DNA of 64,000 nt, taken from positions 14,276 to 78,275 of the forward strand of contig QCKF01000002.1 in assembly GCA_003215545.1 (NCBI GenBank). Direction: 5' to 3'. Positions 51,810-62,571 of the stretch are shown here, in pieces. The notes under the pieces were generated by a model, which ran no database searches, was not told the origin of the DNA, and was given only the letters and a program-made list of their open reading frames with translations. Each line of letters opens with the position of its first letter. Within the stretch, counting starts at the first letter, position 1. The position numbers and the translations under genes were made by a program. This stretch comes from Prochlorococcus sp. AG-409-L14 (GTDB lineage: Bacteria; Cyanobacteriota; Cyanobacteriia; PCC-6307; Cyanobiaceae).

Positions 51810-52703
51810 ATGGCACTGATTCTTCCTCGCAGTTATCACAAGATCTCAGCGGTGGAAAAGAATCATATTTCTTGGATTGAACCAGAGCTTGCTGAAAGGC
51901 AAGATATACGTCCATTGAGAATCGGCATACTAAATATTATGCCTCTAGGTAAGCAGTATGAGTTTAATTTGTTGCATCCTTTGGGACTCTCACCACTTCA
52001 AATTGAACCTATTTGGATTAGGCTGAAAAGTCATAGTTATAAAACTTGGGATATGAATCATCTAGATAAACTTTATGTATCTTGGGAGGAGGCAATGTCG
52101 CCAAACCCTCTTGATGGGCTAATAGTAACAGGTGCACCAGTAGAGCACTTGTCATTTGAATCTGTAAATTACTGGTTAGAATTTATTGAACTTATTAATG
52201 AAGCAAGGAATAGTTGCGCGAGTACTTTAGGTTTGTGTTGGGCAGGTTTTGCATTAGCTTATTTGGAAGGTGTAGATAAAAATGTTTTTGAGAAAAAACT
52301 TTTTGGTGTATTCCCATTACGTAGCCTTGTTCCAGGTCATCCACTAATGGGTACTCAAGATGATTGCTTTGTGTGTCCACAAAGTCGTTACGCCGGCTTA
52401 ATTGATTCTGAAATGGAGGCGGCTCAAAGGGAAGGGCGCTTGAGATTGTTAGCTTATGGTGAGAAAGTTGGATATACAATTTTTGAAACTACTGACCAAA
52501 GACAACTCATGCATCTTGGTCATCCTGAATACAATGCAGGTAGATTACTTTCTGAAATGGAGCGAGATAAAGCAAGAGGAGATGTACCCCCTCCAGAAAA
52601 TTTTGACTCAAATACACCTCAAACTTCATGGAGGTCTCATAGGAACCTATTGTTTCAACAATGGTTATGGTTTTGCTATCAACGAGTTAGCTTGAAAAAC
52701 TAA
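51810..52703 (+). CDS. metA: MetA-family homoserine O-acyltransferase, probably acetyltransferase
   Basis: QDIRPL, CW, SR, GHPEY; TGAPVE has Glu at the specificity position associated with acetyl-CoA use. Confidence 0.92.
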   Translation: MALILPRSYHKISAVEKNHISWIEPELAERQDIRPLRIGILNIMPLGKQYEFNLLHPLGLSPLQIEPIWIRLKSHSYKTWDMNHLDKLYVSWEEAMSPNPLDGLIVTGAPVEHLSFESVNYWLEFIELINEARNSCASTLGLCWAGFALAYLEGVDKNVFEKKLFGVFPLRSLVPGHPLMGTQDDCFVCPQSRYAGLIDSEMEAAQREGRLRLLAYGEKVGYTIFETTDQRQLMHLGHPEYNAGRLLSEMERDKARGDVPPPENFDSNTPQTSWRSHRNLLFQQWLWFCYQRVSLKN

Positions 52704-52745
52704 AGATCTAACAGCTAATAATATAGTTTAAATATTTTATATACA

Positions 52746-54392
52746 TTAAAGATTTATTCTCTGTTTTAACTTAATTAATAAACTTTCAACAGAAATATTT
52801 TCATTGTAATCAATCAGGAATTTTGATTCGTCATCTGAAATTGGATCTAGCCAACTTTTTTGTTGACTTCGAATAGTAAAATCAGCTTCTGAAGGGTCTA
52901 TACCTTTTTTGTTTCGATAGTCAATTCTTGATTTTGCAATTTTATCGTTACATTGACATCTGATAATAATAAAGTTCACTCCTAATTCATTCGCTAAATT
53001 TTTCATAACCCTACGCTCTACATTCCTTAGAAAGGTTGCATCTATAATTGTATTCAGAGAACTAAGGCAGCAGTTTCTTGTTATAGTTGGTATCCAATTG
53101 TGAAAGAGCAAGTTATTGCACTCTTCGCTATAAATATCAAACCCACTATTTAGGTTGCTAAATAGTGAGCTAGAATTACACAATGAATAAATCAATTGAT
53201 TTTGTATTGTATTGTTTTCTATTAATCTCTTCCTTTCAACATCAGACCTTATTCTTATGGCTAATATTTCTCTGGATATAATTTTGCTTATAAAAGACTT
53301 ACCACTTCCACTTAAACCATGCATGATAATAAGTGATGTTTGATTATTTTTTTCCAACGAGCTGGCATGGCTTATATACTTAAAAAGATTATGTTTTAGT
53401 TTTGCTTTGGCTATTGTCTGAGCACCTTTTTTTTTATTGATAAACGATTGGTTGATTTTAAGGATATTTGTTTTTGCTCTTACCATTGATCTATATGCGC
53501 TATACCACTTGAACATATCCATTGATATATAGTCTCCAGTTGTTTCTAACCAATAATTTAAGAAATCAATAGCCTCTTTTCTAAAGTCCTGAACTAGTAA
53601 ATCCACATATAGAAACGCCATTTCGCTAATTGGGTCTATCCATCTTAGTAAGGGGTTAAATTCAAGGGAATCAAAAGGTACTAAATCTAAATCGGAATTT
53701 ATAAATATATTGTCGCTATGTAGGTCTCCATGACACTCTCTTATACAGCCATATTGGCTTCTTTCTCTAAATCTACTTTCTATATGTGCTTTATTCTGAT
53801 TTATCCAATCTAAATGATTATCTAAGATACGATTAATATTTTCCCCAACATTTTGTTCTTTAATTGTATCTATATTTTCAATAGCTGGTATTGTAGGAGA
53901 ATAGCTTTCTAGAGAACAATTCATACTATTATTTTTAGTCTTTAAGCCATTTAAGTGGAACTTCCCAATCTCAATAGCAAATTCCTTAAATACTTTAGGG
54001 TTTAGCTTTTTGTTAGATAAACATATACTAAGTAAGTTAGAGTTATCAAATTGATTCATTACTACTGCTACTTCATGAATAGATTCCTTCTGATTAGAGA
54101 TATTTTGTACCCATTTTATTTTTGGGTCCTTTTTAGATCCTGTTATTACAGCGAGTCCTATGTAAAGTCCTTTTGATAACCTTTTATTTACTCTCAGCTC
54201 TTCTTTGCATAATGTTATTCTGTCATTTAGTGACTTTGCTTTGAAAATTTTAGTTTCTATTGATTTTTTTATTTTATACGCAAACTTTCCTGTTAGAATT
54301 ATATAAGATATATGCGTTTCAATTAATCTTATCTCAGTTACTTCATGTGGAAAGTTATTATTTGTCAATAACAAATTAATTAATTCTGACAT
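52746..54392 (-). CDS. Bifunctional APH-like phosphotransferase / P-loop kinase
   Basis: ETHIS, AYKIKK, HGDLH..N, EFN; GLSGSGKS, SDVERK, DATFL, SEAD. Confidence 0.85.
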   Translation of the reverse strand: MSELINLLLTNNNFPHEVTEIRLIETHISYIILTGKFAYKIKKSIETKIFKAKSLNDRITLCKEELRVNKRLSKGLYIGLAVITGSKKDPKIKWVQNISNQKESIHEVAVVMNQFDNSNLLSICLSNKKLNPKVFKEFAIEIGKFHLNGLKTKNNSMNCSLESYSPTIPAIENIDTIKEQNVGENINRILDNHLDWINQNKAHIESRFRERSQYGCIRECHGDLHSDNIFINSDLDLVPFDSLEFNPLLRWIDPISEMAFLYVDLLVQDFRKEAIDFLNYWLETTGDYISMDMFKWYSAYRSMVRAKTNILKINQSFINKKKGAQTIAKAKLKHNLFKYISHASSLEKNNQTSLIIMHGLSGSGKSFISKIISREILAIRIRSDVERKRLIENNTIQNQLIYSLCNSSSLFSNLNSGFDIYSEECNNLLFHNWIPTITRNCCLSSLNTIIDATFLRNVERRVMKNLANELGVNFIIIRCQCNDKIAKSRIDYRNKKGIDPSEADFTIRSQQKSWLDPISDDESKFLIDYNENISVESLLIKLKQRINL

Positions 54393-54494
54393 TTTACTTG
54401 TCTTGTCTTAGGCTCATTCTATAACCATGTACGTCTTAAAAAATACCTTCTATGCTAGTAACTATGTTTCCTTTTACCATTTTTAAGAATTTGT

Positions 54495-55079
54495 ATGCAA
54501 GATAATCTTTTGGATACCCCTTGGGTTATTAAAAAGGGCTGGATGAAAAAGGAAGCTACTAATTATTGGTCTAAAATGTTGCATCAGAAGCTTGAATGGC
54601 AGCAACCTTCTATAACTCTCTATGGAAGAGAACATCTTATTCCAAGGAAAACTGTTTTTTTATCTAATCCTTCAATTTCTTATAAATATAGTGGTCTTAT
54701 CCAAATAGGAACTGGCTGGCCTCATTGGTTTCTTCCTTTATTAAAAAAGATGAGAAATTATTGTGGCCAAGATTTTAATGGCTGTCTTCTAAATCTATAT
54801 TCTACAGGTCAAGATTCTATGGGTTGGCATAAGGATAATGAGCCTGAATTAGATCCTTTTGCGGATATAGCTTCTCTTTCTATTGGTGCTTCACGGGATT
54901 TCAAATTAAGGAATCTATGTAGCGGAGCTAAAACTACACTTTGCTTAGCTAACGGAGATCTCCTTATAATGAAAGCTCCTTGTCAGGAAAATTGGCAACA
55001 CTCATTACCTAAGCGTAAAAATGTCAAAGATCTGCGAATAAATTTAACCTTTAGATGTTATTTAAAGTCATTTGACTAA
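54495..55079 (+). CDS. AlkB-like 2OG-Fe(II) dioxygenase
   Basis: LLNLY, MGWHKD, IASLS.G, HSLPKR, RINLTFR. Confidence 0.9.
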   Translation: MQDNLLDTPWVIKKGWMKKEATNYWSKMLHQKLEWQQPSITLYGREHLIPRKTVFLSNPSISYKYSGLIQIGTGWPHWFLPLLKKMRNYCGQDFNGCLLNLYSTGQDSMGWHKDNEPELDPFADIASLSIGASRDFKLRNLCSGAKTTLCLANGDLLIMKAPCQENWQHSLPKRKNVKDLRINLTFRCYLKSFD

Positions 55080-55169
55080 TATATTAAATTAGATATTTCA
55101 AAGGGATATGTTAAGTACCGCTCTAGGATGTTAAATAATAATGTCTTTAATCCAATCTTTATTTATTAC

Positions 55170-55469
55170 TCAATTTTCCTGCTCATTTGAAGTAGCTTCA
55201 GCTGCTTTCTTTGCCTCAGCAGCAGCAGCAGCAGCAGCTTTAGCCTCTGCAGCTGCTTTAGCCTTCTGAGCCTTGGCATCTGCTGCGGCCTTGGCATCTG
55301 CTGCGGCCTTGGCCTCAGCAGCAGCTTTCTCTTTGGCAGCTTGTTCAATCATGTACTTTCTGCTGCTACGCCTATCAATTAGCCAAAGCAAGACAATCAG
55401 GATAGGTATATGAGCCAGTCCCCCTAAAAGAACAGTTGTTTCGCTGTAACCCATTCTTGTAACTAGCAA
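55170..55469 (-). CDS. Membrane-anchored Ala/Lys/Glu-rich repeat protein
   Basis: TM then A(E/D)AKAAA repeats. Confidence 0.65.
   Translation of the reverse strand: MLVTRMGYSETTVLLGGLAHIPILIVLLWLIDRRSSRKYMIEQAAKEKAAAEAKAAADAKAAADAKAQKAKAAAEAKAAAAAAAEAKKAAEATSNEQEN
55217..55313. repeat. (CAG)7 plus an 18-bp tandem repeat (2.4 copies) inside the Ala-rich ORF
   Basis: CAG run from 55217; GCCTTGGCATCTGCTGCG x2 + partial at 55270-55313. Confidence 0.85.
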
Positions 55470-55628
55470 CTAGCTTGAGTATACATTGGATCACCTTTCT
55501 GTATTTAAGTTACTTGACAATCTTCTTTTAACTCAATGTCTTTGATACTAGGTCTTTTTACGTATATACCGATACGTTTCGTTCTTGAGGTCTCTCCTTT
55601 TATCCACTAAGCCCTCCTATCAGTTCAA

Positions 55629-56381
55629 TTACATAACCTGATTAAGAAAGCGTCTACTTCTTTCTTCTTGTGCATTGTTAAAAAATGAATCAGGTGCTGA
55701 TATTTCTACCACCCTTCCTTCATCCATGAAAAGAACCCTGTCGGCAACCTCCTTTGCAAAATTAATTTCGTGAGTAACCACAATCATGGTCATCCCTCTT
55801 CCAGCAAGCTTTCTCATCTCATCAAGTACCTCTTTGACACGCTCAGGGTCTAGGGCGCTGGTTGGCTCATCAAAAAGCATGATTTCTGGATTTAAAGCCA
55901 ATGCCCTTGCAATGGCAACGCGTTGTTTTTGACCACCACTTAGTTGATTTGGGTACTTTTCTGCTTGTTCTTCTATACCCATTTGTGCAAGGAGTCTTGT
56001 GGCTAGTAGCTCAGCCTGCTTAATTGATTTTTTCTGTACTTTAATAGGAGCAAGAGTTATATTTTCTAAGATTGACAAGTGAGGAAAAAGATTGAATTGT
56101 TGAAAAACCATACCTACTCTCCTCCGTATTCTTCTTATATTGTTCTCATTAATGTCTTTATTTAGTTTAATTCCAAGGACGTCGATTTCTCCACTATCTA
56201 TACTTTCTAATCCATTAAATGTCCTTATAAGTGTACTTTTTCCAGAACCTGAAGGCCCCATTACAACAAGCACTTCACCCCTTTCTACTGTTACAGAGAC
56301 ATCGTTTAATGCACGAAGACCTTTGCCAAAATCTTTTATTATATTAGAAGCTGTTATGGCTGGGGTCATTTTATTTTGCAT
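55629..56381 (-). CDS. Polar amino-acid ABC transporter ATP-binding subunit
   Basis: GPSGSGKS, VFQQFNLFPH, LSGGQ, FDEPTSALDPE. Confidence 0.95.
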   Translation of the reverse strand: MQNKMTPAITASNIIKDFGKGLRALNDVSVTVERGEVLVVMGPSGSGKSTLIRTFNGLESIDSGEIDVLGIKLNKDINENNIRRIRRRVGMVFQQFNLFPHLSILENITLAPIKVQKKSIKQAELLATRLLAQMGIEEQAEKYPNQLSGGQKQRVAIARALALNPEIMLFDEPTSALDPERVKEVLDEMRKLAGRGMTMIVVTHEINFAKEVADRVLFMDEGRVVEISAPDSFFNNAQEERSRRFLNQVM

Positions 56382-57438
56382 TTAAATTTGTCGGTTGCAT
56401 TTTTTGCTCAATAGAACGGGCTATTAGAGCAATACAAGTGCAAGCTAACCAATAGATTAAACCAAGCCATACATAAACTTCTAAGTATTTTCCTATAAAG
56501 GCAGGATTTGCCAATAGGCTTCTGCTAATGCCAAGTAATTCAACCAAGCCAAGAATCGCCATTAAACTCGTATTTTGTAATAACCCTATCGCTTGATTAG
56601 TTAATGCTGGAATAGCTGTTTTTAATGCTTGAGGTAATAATATAAGAATATTAGTTTGACTTTTATCAAGACCTAGTACTACAGCAGCTTCTTTTTGTGT
56701 CGTTGGAATTGATTGCATACCTCCTCGAATATCTTCGGCTATATATGCTGCTGTGAATATAGCGAAGGCTATTACAGCTCTGATTATTCTATTTATCTCG
56801 AAATCCATAGGTAGGAACAATGGAATTAGTAGTTGACCAAAAAAAAGTACAGTTATTAATGGTAGTCCTCTTATTATATCTATATATATTCTCGAAATTT
56901 TATTAATAGCAGGCATCTCACTTTGCCTACCAAGTGCAAGAAGGATACCAATTGGGAATGCTATTAAACCACTACTAAGTGTAAGCAGCAATGTTAAGAT
57001 GAATCCTCCCCAATACATAGAGGCGACAGGCTCTAGTATGAGACCACCTGCTAGAAGGAAGATCCCTATTGGAACTATTAGAATCCACGCTAATATTAGA
57101 GAATTATATATTTGCGATTTTCTATTAGAAAATATTGAAAGTAATGAAGTAATTATAATTAATAGTATCCAGAGAATTGGTCTCCATAAATATAATTGTG
57201 GAAAGCTTCCAAAAGCATAAAGTCTAATGTTACCTGTCACTACATTCCATTCAGCATGAAATAGTATCCAATTAAAAAAATTGATAAGTGAGACAAGAAA
57301 TATAGCTAGAATGCTAATACTTAGAATTGCTTCTAGAGGACGATGTTGTCGCTTCTTTGTTATTGGTATTTGTCTTGATATATTTAATACTAACTTATTT
57401 AAGTGGCTATATTTGTAAAAGGAGGTTAATCTCTTCAT
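56371..57438 (-). CDS. Amino-acid ABC transporter permease (AapM/BztC-like)
   Basis: RGLPLI, AYIAE.IRGG, EAA loop, LPQA. Confidence 0.92.
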   Translation of the reverse strand: MKRLTSFYKYSHLNKLVLNISRQIPITKKRQHRPLEAILSISILAIFLVSLINFFNWILFHAEWNVVTGNIRLYAFGSFPQLYLWRPILWILLIIITSLLSIFSNRKSQIYNSLILAWILIVPIGIFLLAGGLILEPVASMYWGGFILTLLLTLSSGLIAFPIGILLALGRQSEMPAINKISRIYIDIIRGLPLITVLFFGQLLIPLFLPMDFEINRIIRAVIAFAIFTAAYIAEDIRGGMQSIPTTQKEAAVVLGLDKSQTNILILLPQALKTAIPALTNQAIGLLQNTSLMAILGLVELLGISRSLLANPAFIGKYLEVYVWLGLIYWLACTCIALIARSIEQKMQPTNLNAK

Positions 57439-57485
57439 ATTTCTAAGATTTTTTATGAATTAGTTACATGAGATATATTATTATA

Positions 57486-58421
57486 TCATGATCTATTGAC
57501 AGTTTCTAGGATCCTCTTGTTAACCATCTCCATAGCTCTACTTATTACTAAGTTAAGAATTAAAAAGCTTATTAATAGTAAGAGGAATCCCTCGATTGCT
57601 CGTCCAGTTTGCGTTATGGTAGTGTCACTTACTGCATAGATATCAGCATAGCCAATAGCAATTGCTAATGTACTATTTTTTGCAAGGTTAAGGTATTGGC
57701 TTGTTAATCCTGGCAATATGGCAGGCAAGGCTTGAGGGAATATTATTCTAGCCAATCCTATTTTTTCTGGTAGACCCAAGCTTCTATATGCTTCCCATTG
57801 CCCTTTGTCTACTGACGTGAATCCACCTCTAATAATCTCAGCAATGGAAGCCGCTGTGTATATACTTAGCCCAATTAAAAGGGCTGAAAACTCTACACTT
57901 AACTTTACACCTAATAAAAATAATCCTTGATTAGAAATTTGTATTAATCCGCCTAGATAACCCAGCGGAATGTCAGATAGACTCAAAAAAGCAACAAAAT
58001 ACCAGAAAAAGAGTTGAAGTAATAGTGGGATCTGTCGTATAAATGTAACATAAGAACTTGAGAATATGTAAATAAGTCTGTTACGACTAATTCTCCCCAT
58101 GCCAATGAGAGTCCCTATAAATGTAGCTAATATTAGGCTACTTAATACAACTTTCATACTATTTAGCCAGCCAATGCATAATGCCCATAGGTACGTATTA
58201 GATGGATTGAAAGGTAAAACAGATTCCGAAAGAGCAAAACCAGCTGGTTGCAATAACCATTTAAAACTAAGTCCAATTTGAGTCCTTAATATATTCACGA
58301 TTAAATTATTTAATAATACTAAAAATATTGATACCAATACTATAAATACAATAAATTGCAGGAGTATTCTTTTGTTTAGTTTCATTCTACTTAAGTGGAG
58401 GAGAGATATGTAGTCCTCCAT
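57486..58421 (-). CDS. Amino-acid ABC transporter permease (AapQ/BztB-like)
   Basis: R.IPLLLQL, AEIIRGG, GQWEA..SLG, KNSTLAIAIGY. Confidence 0.92.
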   Translation of the reverse strand: MEDYISLLHLSRMKLNKRILLQFIVFIVLVSIFLVLLNNLIVNILRTQIGLSFKWLLQPAGFALSESVLPFNPSNTYLWALCIGWLNSMKVVLSSLILATFIGTLIGMGRISRNRLIYIFSSSYVTFIRQIPLLLQLFFWYFVAFLSLSDIPLGYLGGLIQISNQGLFLLGVKLSVEFSALLIGLSIYTAASIAEIIRGGFTSVDKGQWEAYRSLGLPEKIGLARIIFPQALPAILPGLTSQYLNLAKNSTLAIAIGYADIYAVSDTTITQTGRAIEGFLLLLISFLILNLVISRAMEMVNKRILETVNRS

Positions 58422-59436
58422 TCAAATATGTATTATTTAGGCCTCTAGGTATTGGTACAGAACTTTTCTCTCCAAGATGCTTTTCATATATGTCTTTATA
58501 GTTTCCAGTACTTTCTATTACTTTTACTACAAAGTCATCTGGTAGACCAAGTTTGCTTCCAAGACCAGAGTCTACACCTAAAAATCTTCTTAATGAAGTT
58601 AGGCTTTTGTTGCTCCTAGCCATTTTTACTTGTTGTTGAATATTGGAATTGCTAATATTCTGTTCTTCAGCTTCAAATAGTGCATAAATAATCCAGCGAA
58701 TTGCATCTGATAAGCGTTGATCGCCTCCCCTTGAGGCTGGCGCCAGTGGTTCCTTGCTAAGTACACTATCCAAAATAATGTGATTACTTGGGTTGCTAAA
58801 TCCAAATCTTGCTGCTGCAAGTTGTGAACCATCAGATGTCATAGCTTTGCATCTATTTTGAAGATAACCTTGGACCACTTGATCAATATCTTGATACTTT
58901 ATTGGAGTATAGGATATATTTTTTTCTTGAAATGTGTCATTTAGATTTTGTTCAGTAGTTGTGCCAGAGCCTACACAAATATTAGAATTTTGTAAATCAT
59001 TTAGACTATTGATATTAGCACTCTTCTTGACCATTAGTCTTTGTCCATCGTAAAAGACTACTGGGGCAAATGTGACTCCGTTTCCACCCGAAGAATCTCT
59101 ACTTAGGTTGATCGTTGTGTTCCTTGAAAGAACATCTATCTCTCCAGTTTGTAACGCAGTAAATCTTTCAGGTGCGGTAAGAGGCCTAAATTTAACTTTT
59201 CTTGAATCCCCTAGAATACCTGCAGCAAGAGCTTTGCAGATGTCTACATCTATACCTTTATATTTGCCGTCTGATCCTAAAAAACTAAATCCTGGTATCT
59301 TTCCACTAACTCCACACACTAACTCCCCTCTTCTTTTGATTAGATTAAGCCTTGAGCCAGCTTCGCCTTCGATTTTTGCACATCCAGATGTCAAAACTGA
59401 TAGACCTACCAGCCCACTCAGTAAAGCTCTATTCAT
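58387..59436 (-). CDS. Amino-acid ABC transporter substrate-binding lipoprotein (AapJ/BztA-like)
   Basis: Lipobox-like LTSGC, CGV...PGFS, RFTALQ.GE.D.LSRNTT, SKEPL. Confidence 0.92.
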   Translation of the reverse strand: MNRALLSGLVGLSVLTSGCAKIEGEAGSRLNLIKRRGELVCGVSGKIPGFSFLGSDGKYKGIDVDICKALAAGILGDSRKVKFRPLTAPERFTALQTGEIDVLSRNTTINLSRDSSGGNGVTFAPVVFYDGQRLMVKKSANINSLNDLQNSNICVGSGTTTEQNLNDTFQEKNISYTPIKYQDIDQVVQGYLQNRCKAMTSDGSQLAAARFGFSNPSNHIILDSVLSKEPLAPASRGGDQRLSDAIRWIIYALFEAEEQNISNSNIQQQVKMARSNKSLTSLRRFLGVDSGLGSKLGLPDDFVVKVIESTGNYKDIYEKHLGEKSSVPIPRGLNNTYLNGGLHISPPLK

Positions 59437-59597
59437 GACGAGACTTTATATAAAAACCAAGTCTGTCAGAAATTCTAGTTATTAGAAAGAATACTATTTA
59501 TCTTGTAGATAATTGTCTTATTTATTGACTTTCATGTTCGCATTAATACTAGTAATCAAATGAGATATACATATTTTTTAGATTTTTCTGCTAGAGA

Positions 59598-61175
59598 TTA
59601 ATGAGGGCCTTCTAATCCACCTAGCCTTTCAAATAAATCCAAGCTTTCTTTGTTAAGTCCAACCACTTCTACTTTTGATCCCCCTAATGTAAGTTTCCTA
59701 ATTATTTGTTCTAGAGCAGTTACTCCTGTTTGATCCCATATGTGTGCTTCGCTCATGTCTATCTCTATCTTGTTGGGATAATTGTATAGGTCAAAACCCT
59801 GTAGGAAATATACTTTGCTTACAAAAAATAATTGTCCTGTAACTTTATACTTTAACTGTTCTTTGGATACTTCTATAGATGATACTTTAATTACTTTTGC
59901 GACTTTACGGCTAAAAAGAATACCTGCCAAAGCAACACCTGCAAGAACTCCTAGTGCAAGGTTGTGAGGTGTTGTCAGCATAGTTACTGAGAATGTCATT
60001 AGCATTACGGCTGTATCACTTTTAGGGATCTTGGATATATTTTTTAACCAGGCAAAATCTGCTGTGCTTATGGCAATAGTTATCATTACTGCAACCAATG
60101 CAGCCATAGGAATCTGTTTAAGCCATGGTTTACACAAAATGATCATGATTAGCAAACTTAAGCCTGAAAATAATGTTGATAACCTTGTTCTCCCTCCATT
60201 TTCTGTGTTCATCACTGATTGCCCAACAAGTGCACATCCTGCCATTCCCCCAAATAAAGAAGAAACAACGTTTGCTATTCCTTGGCCTCTAGCTTCAATA
60301 TTTTTATTTGAATTTGTATCAGTCATGTCATCAACAATATCTTGAGTTAGGAAAGTCTCCATTAGTCCAACTAATGATATCGCTAATGCTGTAGGTAAAA
60401 CTAAGCCAAATGTTTCTAGATTAAATGGCACTTTTCCATTTGAAATATCGCCAAATGGATTAGTAAATGTTGGCAATCCATTTGGCAATTGTCCAAGGTC
60501 TTCTACGGTTGGAATATTGATCTTAAATAAGACAGTTATCAGGGTAATAGTTACTATAGCAACTAGTTGTGGTGGTATTACTTTAGTTATTTTAGGAAGC
60601 CCATAAATAATTAAGAGACCTAAACCTACTAAAAGCCAAATTATAGGAATTTGACTGAATGTAGGAAGATACCCATTCGTCTTATCACCTATAGATATTA
60701 CTTCACTATGGTGAAAATTTAAGCCTAGTTGTGGAAATTGAGCCTGTAATATTAGTAATGCTAAGGCATTAACAAATCCACTTAGAACACCTTGTGGAAC
60801 AAATCTCATTTGATAAGCAAGGCGGAGATAGCCCCATAGAATTTGAAATATCCCTGTTAATAGACCTGCTGCCATCAAATATGAGACGCCTAATCCATCA
60901 CCTTTTGCATTTCCTATTGCCACAATTCCTGTCATAAGTAGTGCTGTAGATCCTGTCGCAGATGTGATCATTCCCATACGACCACCAACAATTGCGATGG
61001 TTATAGATAGGCAAAATGCTCCAAAAAGTCCTACCTGTGGATCTACACCAGCAATACCTGAGAATGCAATCGCTTCAGGAATCATTGCGAATGCGACAAC
61101 AAGTCCTGATAACAAATCCTGCTTTGGGTTTGTCAGCCACTGTTGGGCATTTGAGAGTTCTAGTGATTTCGTCAT
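59598..61175 (-). CDS. SulP/SLC26 anion transporter with STAS domain
   Basis: [34 protein letters not shown]. Confidence 0.92.
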   Translation of the reverse strand: MTKSLELSNAQQWLTNPKQDLLSGLVVAFAMIPEAIAFSGIAGVDPQVGLFGAFCLSITIAIVGGRMGMITSATGSTALLMTGIVAIGNAKGDGLGVSYLMAAGLLTGIFQILWGYLRLAYQMRFVPQGVLSGFVNALALLILQAQFPQLGLNFHHSEVISIGDKTNGYLPTFSQIPIIWLLVGLGLLIIYGLPKITKVIPPQLVAIVTITLITVLFKINIPTVEDLGQLPNGLPTFTNPFGDISNGKVPFNLETFGLVLPTALAISLVGLMETFLTQDIVDDMTDTNSNKNIEARGQGIANVVSSLFGGMAGCALVGQSVMNTENGGRTRLSTLFSGLSLLIMIILCKPWLKQIPMAALVAVMITIAISTADFAWLKNISKIPKSDTAVMLMTFSVTMLTTPHNLALGVLAGVALAGILFSRKVAKVIKVSSIEVSKEQLKYKVTGQLFFVSKVYFLQGFDLYNYPNKIEIDMSEAHIWDQTGVTALEQIIRKLTLGGSKVEVVGLNKESLDLFERLGGLEGPH

Positions 61176-61204
61176 TTAGCTCAATACCATTTTCTGAAAA
61201 TAAA

Positions 61205-62425
61205 TCAAAGCGGCGGAAGCATGCCATTTGGATCACAATTTAATTTAAGTCTTTGAAGTTCTGGTAACCAATGTCCAAAAGCACTCTTTATTTCTTTCTT
61301 ATACCAGGACAAATGGGGATGCATCTGAGCTTGGTGGATTCCTGGACAATAATTTGACAATGATGACCAAGCTTCTTCCATCCATTTGAGGCTTTCCAAC
61401 CTTGCAGAGCTGTCTCCAGCTGGCCAGGATGCGGTTATCCAAGGCTTCCATACAGCATCCCTGTGTATAAAAGATGTCAAATCTGTATTATTAGTCTTTG
61501 TAACTTCACCTAACTGCTGAGAAGCAATTGAACAATTATCATTTGGACGCAGTTTTATTAGACTACGAACTATATTAATAATATTTTTTGTATTATCACC
61601 CCATTTGGGTCCTAGTAACCCGAGAACCTCAGAGTGATTTTTCACACCTTTTACTATGTTTTGCGATTTATCTTGAAGAATAGGTAAATCATTTAACTTT
61701 TTATGATTCATGTATATACTATTGTTATTTATCAGATTACTAGATTTTAATTCTTCAATAAATTTAATTGATTTCTGATCATTTCTTTTAACTAGTAGAT
61801 ACATATATATCTTATTAGCCCATATCCATTGGAGACTAATTCCCTGCGGTGCTTCTTCAGAAGCCTGTATTAGAGAAGTTAAATTATTTAGATCTACTTG
61901 TTGATATATGCTAACTATAGGCTCAAGTTTCACTGTCTTTAATCTAACCTTGGTAACTATTGCTAGATAAGGTGCTGCGCCACATAAGCCTTTCCAGAGT
62001 AACTTTATATCATTACTAGATGATTCATTCGGCCTTTTTATTAGAAATTTTTCTCCATTTCCAAAAAAGCCTTCTATCTGTTTAATCTTGTCTATAGCCA
62101 GCCCTTCACTTCTACTCATTGGACTAATACCTCCTGTCAAGATGTAACCCATACCAGTTTTGCCAGATAAACCTATTGGAAAGCTATAGTTGTACTTGTA
62201 AAGTTGATCTATAAGATCACTCATAAGAACTCCTCCGCCAATTTCTACTTCCTTAGTTTTATTAATGAATTTAATTTTTTTATAGAAATTTCTTAGGTCA
62301 AGCGTCCAGTGATCATGAGCAGCACATCTAGATGTGGTTCCACCACTACAAACTAATAAAGGGGGATTTTGAAGTTTCCCAGTACGGAGGAGTTCAATAA
62401 GGTGATTGTCAACCTTCTCAAGCAC
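61205..62425 (-). CDS. FAD-binding oxidoreductase (PCMH/BBE-like)
   Basis: GG motif, G.ILTGG.SP, LWKGL.G, K...DP.G C-terminus. Confidence 0.75.
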   Translation of the reverse strand: MLEKVDNHLIELLRTGKLQNPPLLVCSGGTTSRCAAHDHWTLDLRNFYKKIKFINKTKEVEIGGGVLMSDLIDQLYKYNYSFPIGLSGKTGMGYILTGGISPMSRSEGLAIDKIKQIEGFFGNGEKFLIKRPNESSSNDIKLLWKGLCGAAPYLAIVTKVRLKTVKLEPIVSIYQQVDLNNLTSLIQASEEAPQGISLQWIWANKIYMYLLVKRNDQKSIKFIEELKSSNLINNNSIYMNHKKLNDLPILQDKSQNIVKGVKNHSEVLGLLGPKWGDNTKNIINIVRSLIKLRPNDNCSIASQQLGEVTKTNNTDLTSFIHRDAVWKPWITASWPAGDSSARLESLKWMEEAWSSLSNYCPGIHQAQMHPHLSWYKKEIKSAFGHWLPELQRLKLNCDPNGMLPPL

Positions 62426-62571
62426 ACCTCCTAATAGAGCATCTTGTGCAATTGAATTGTTTACTGGCAGTCGTGAAAGAATGATGGCCTCCTACTCTTA
62501 TAGAGCAGAGTAGTCTGATTCTTGGGAATAGGACGAGTCTCGCTCTGTTGGCCCTTTCATAAGCTCTTATT

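Noticed and set aside
55501..55513. GTA-N7-TAC upstream of the Ala-rich ORF as an NtcA site
   Set aside because: Spacer is 7 nt, not 8
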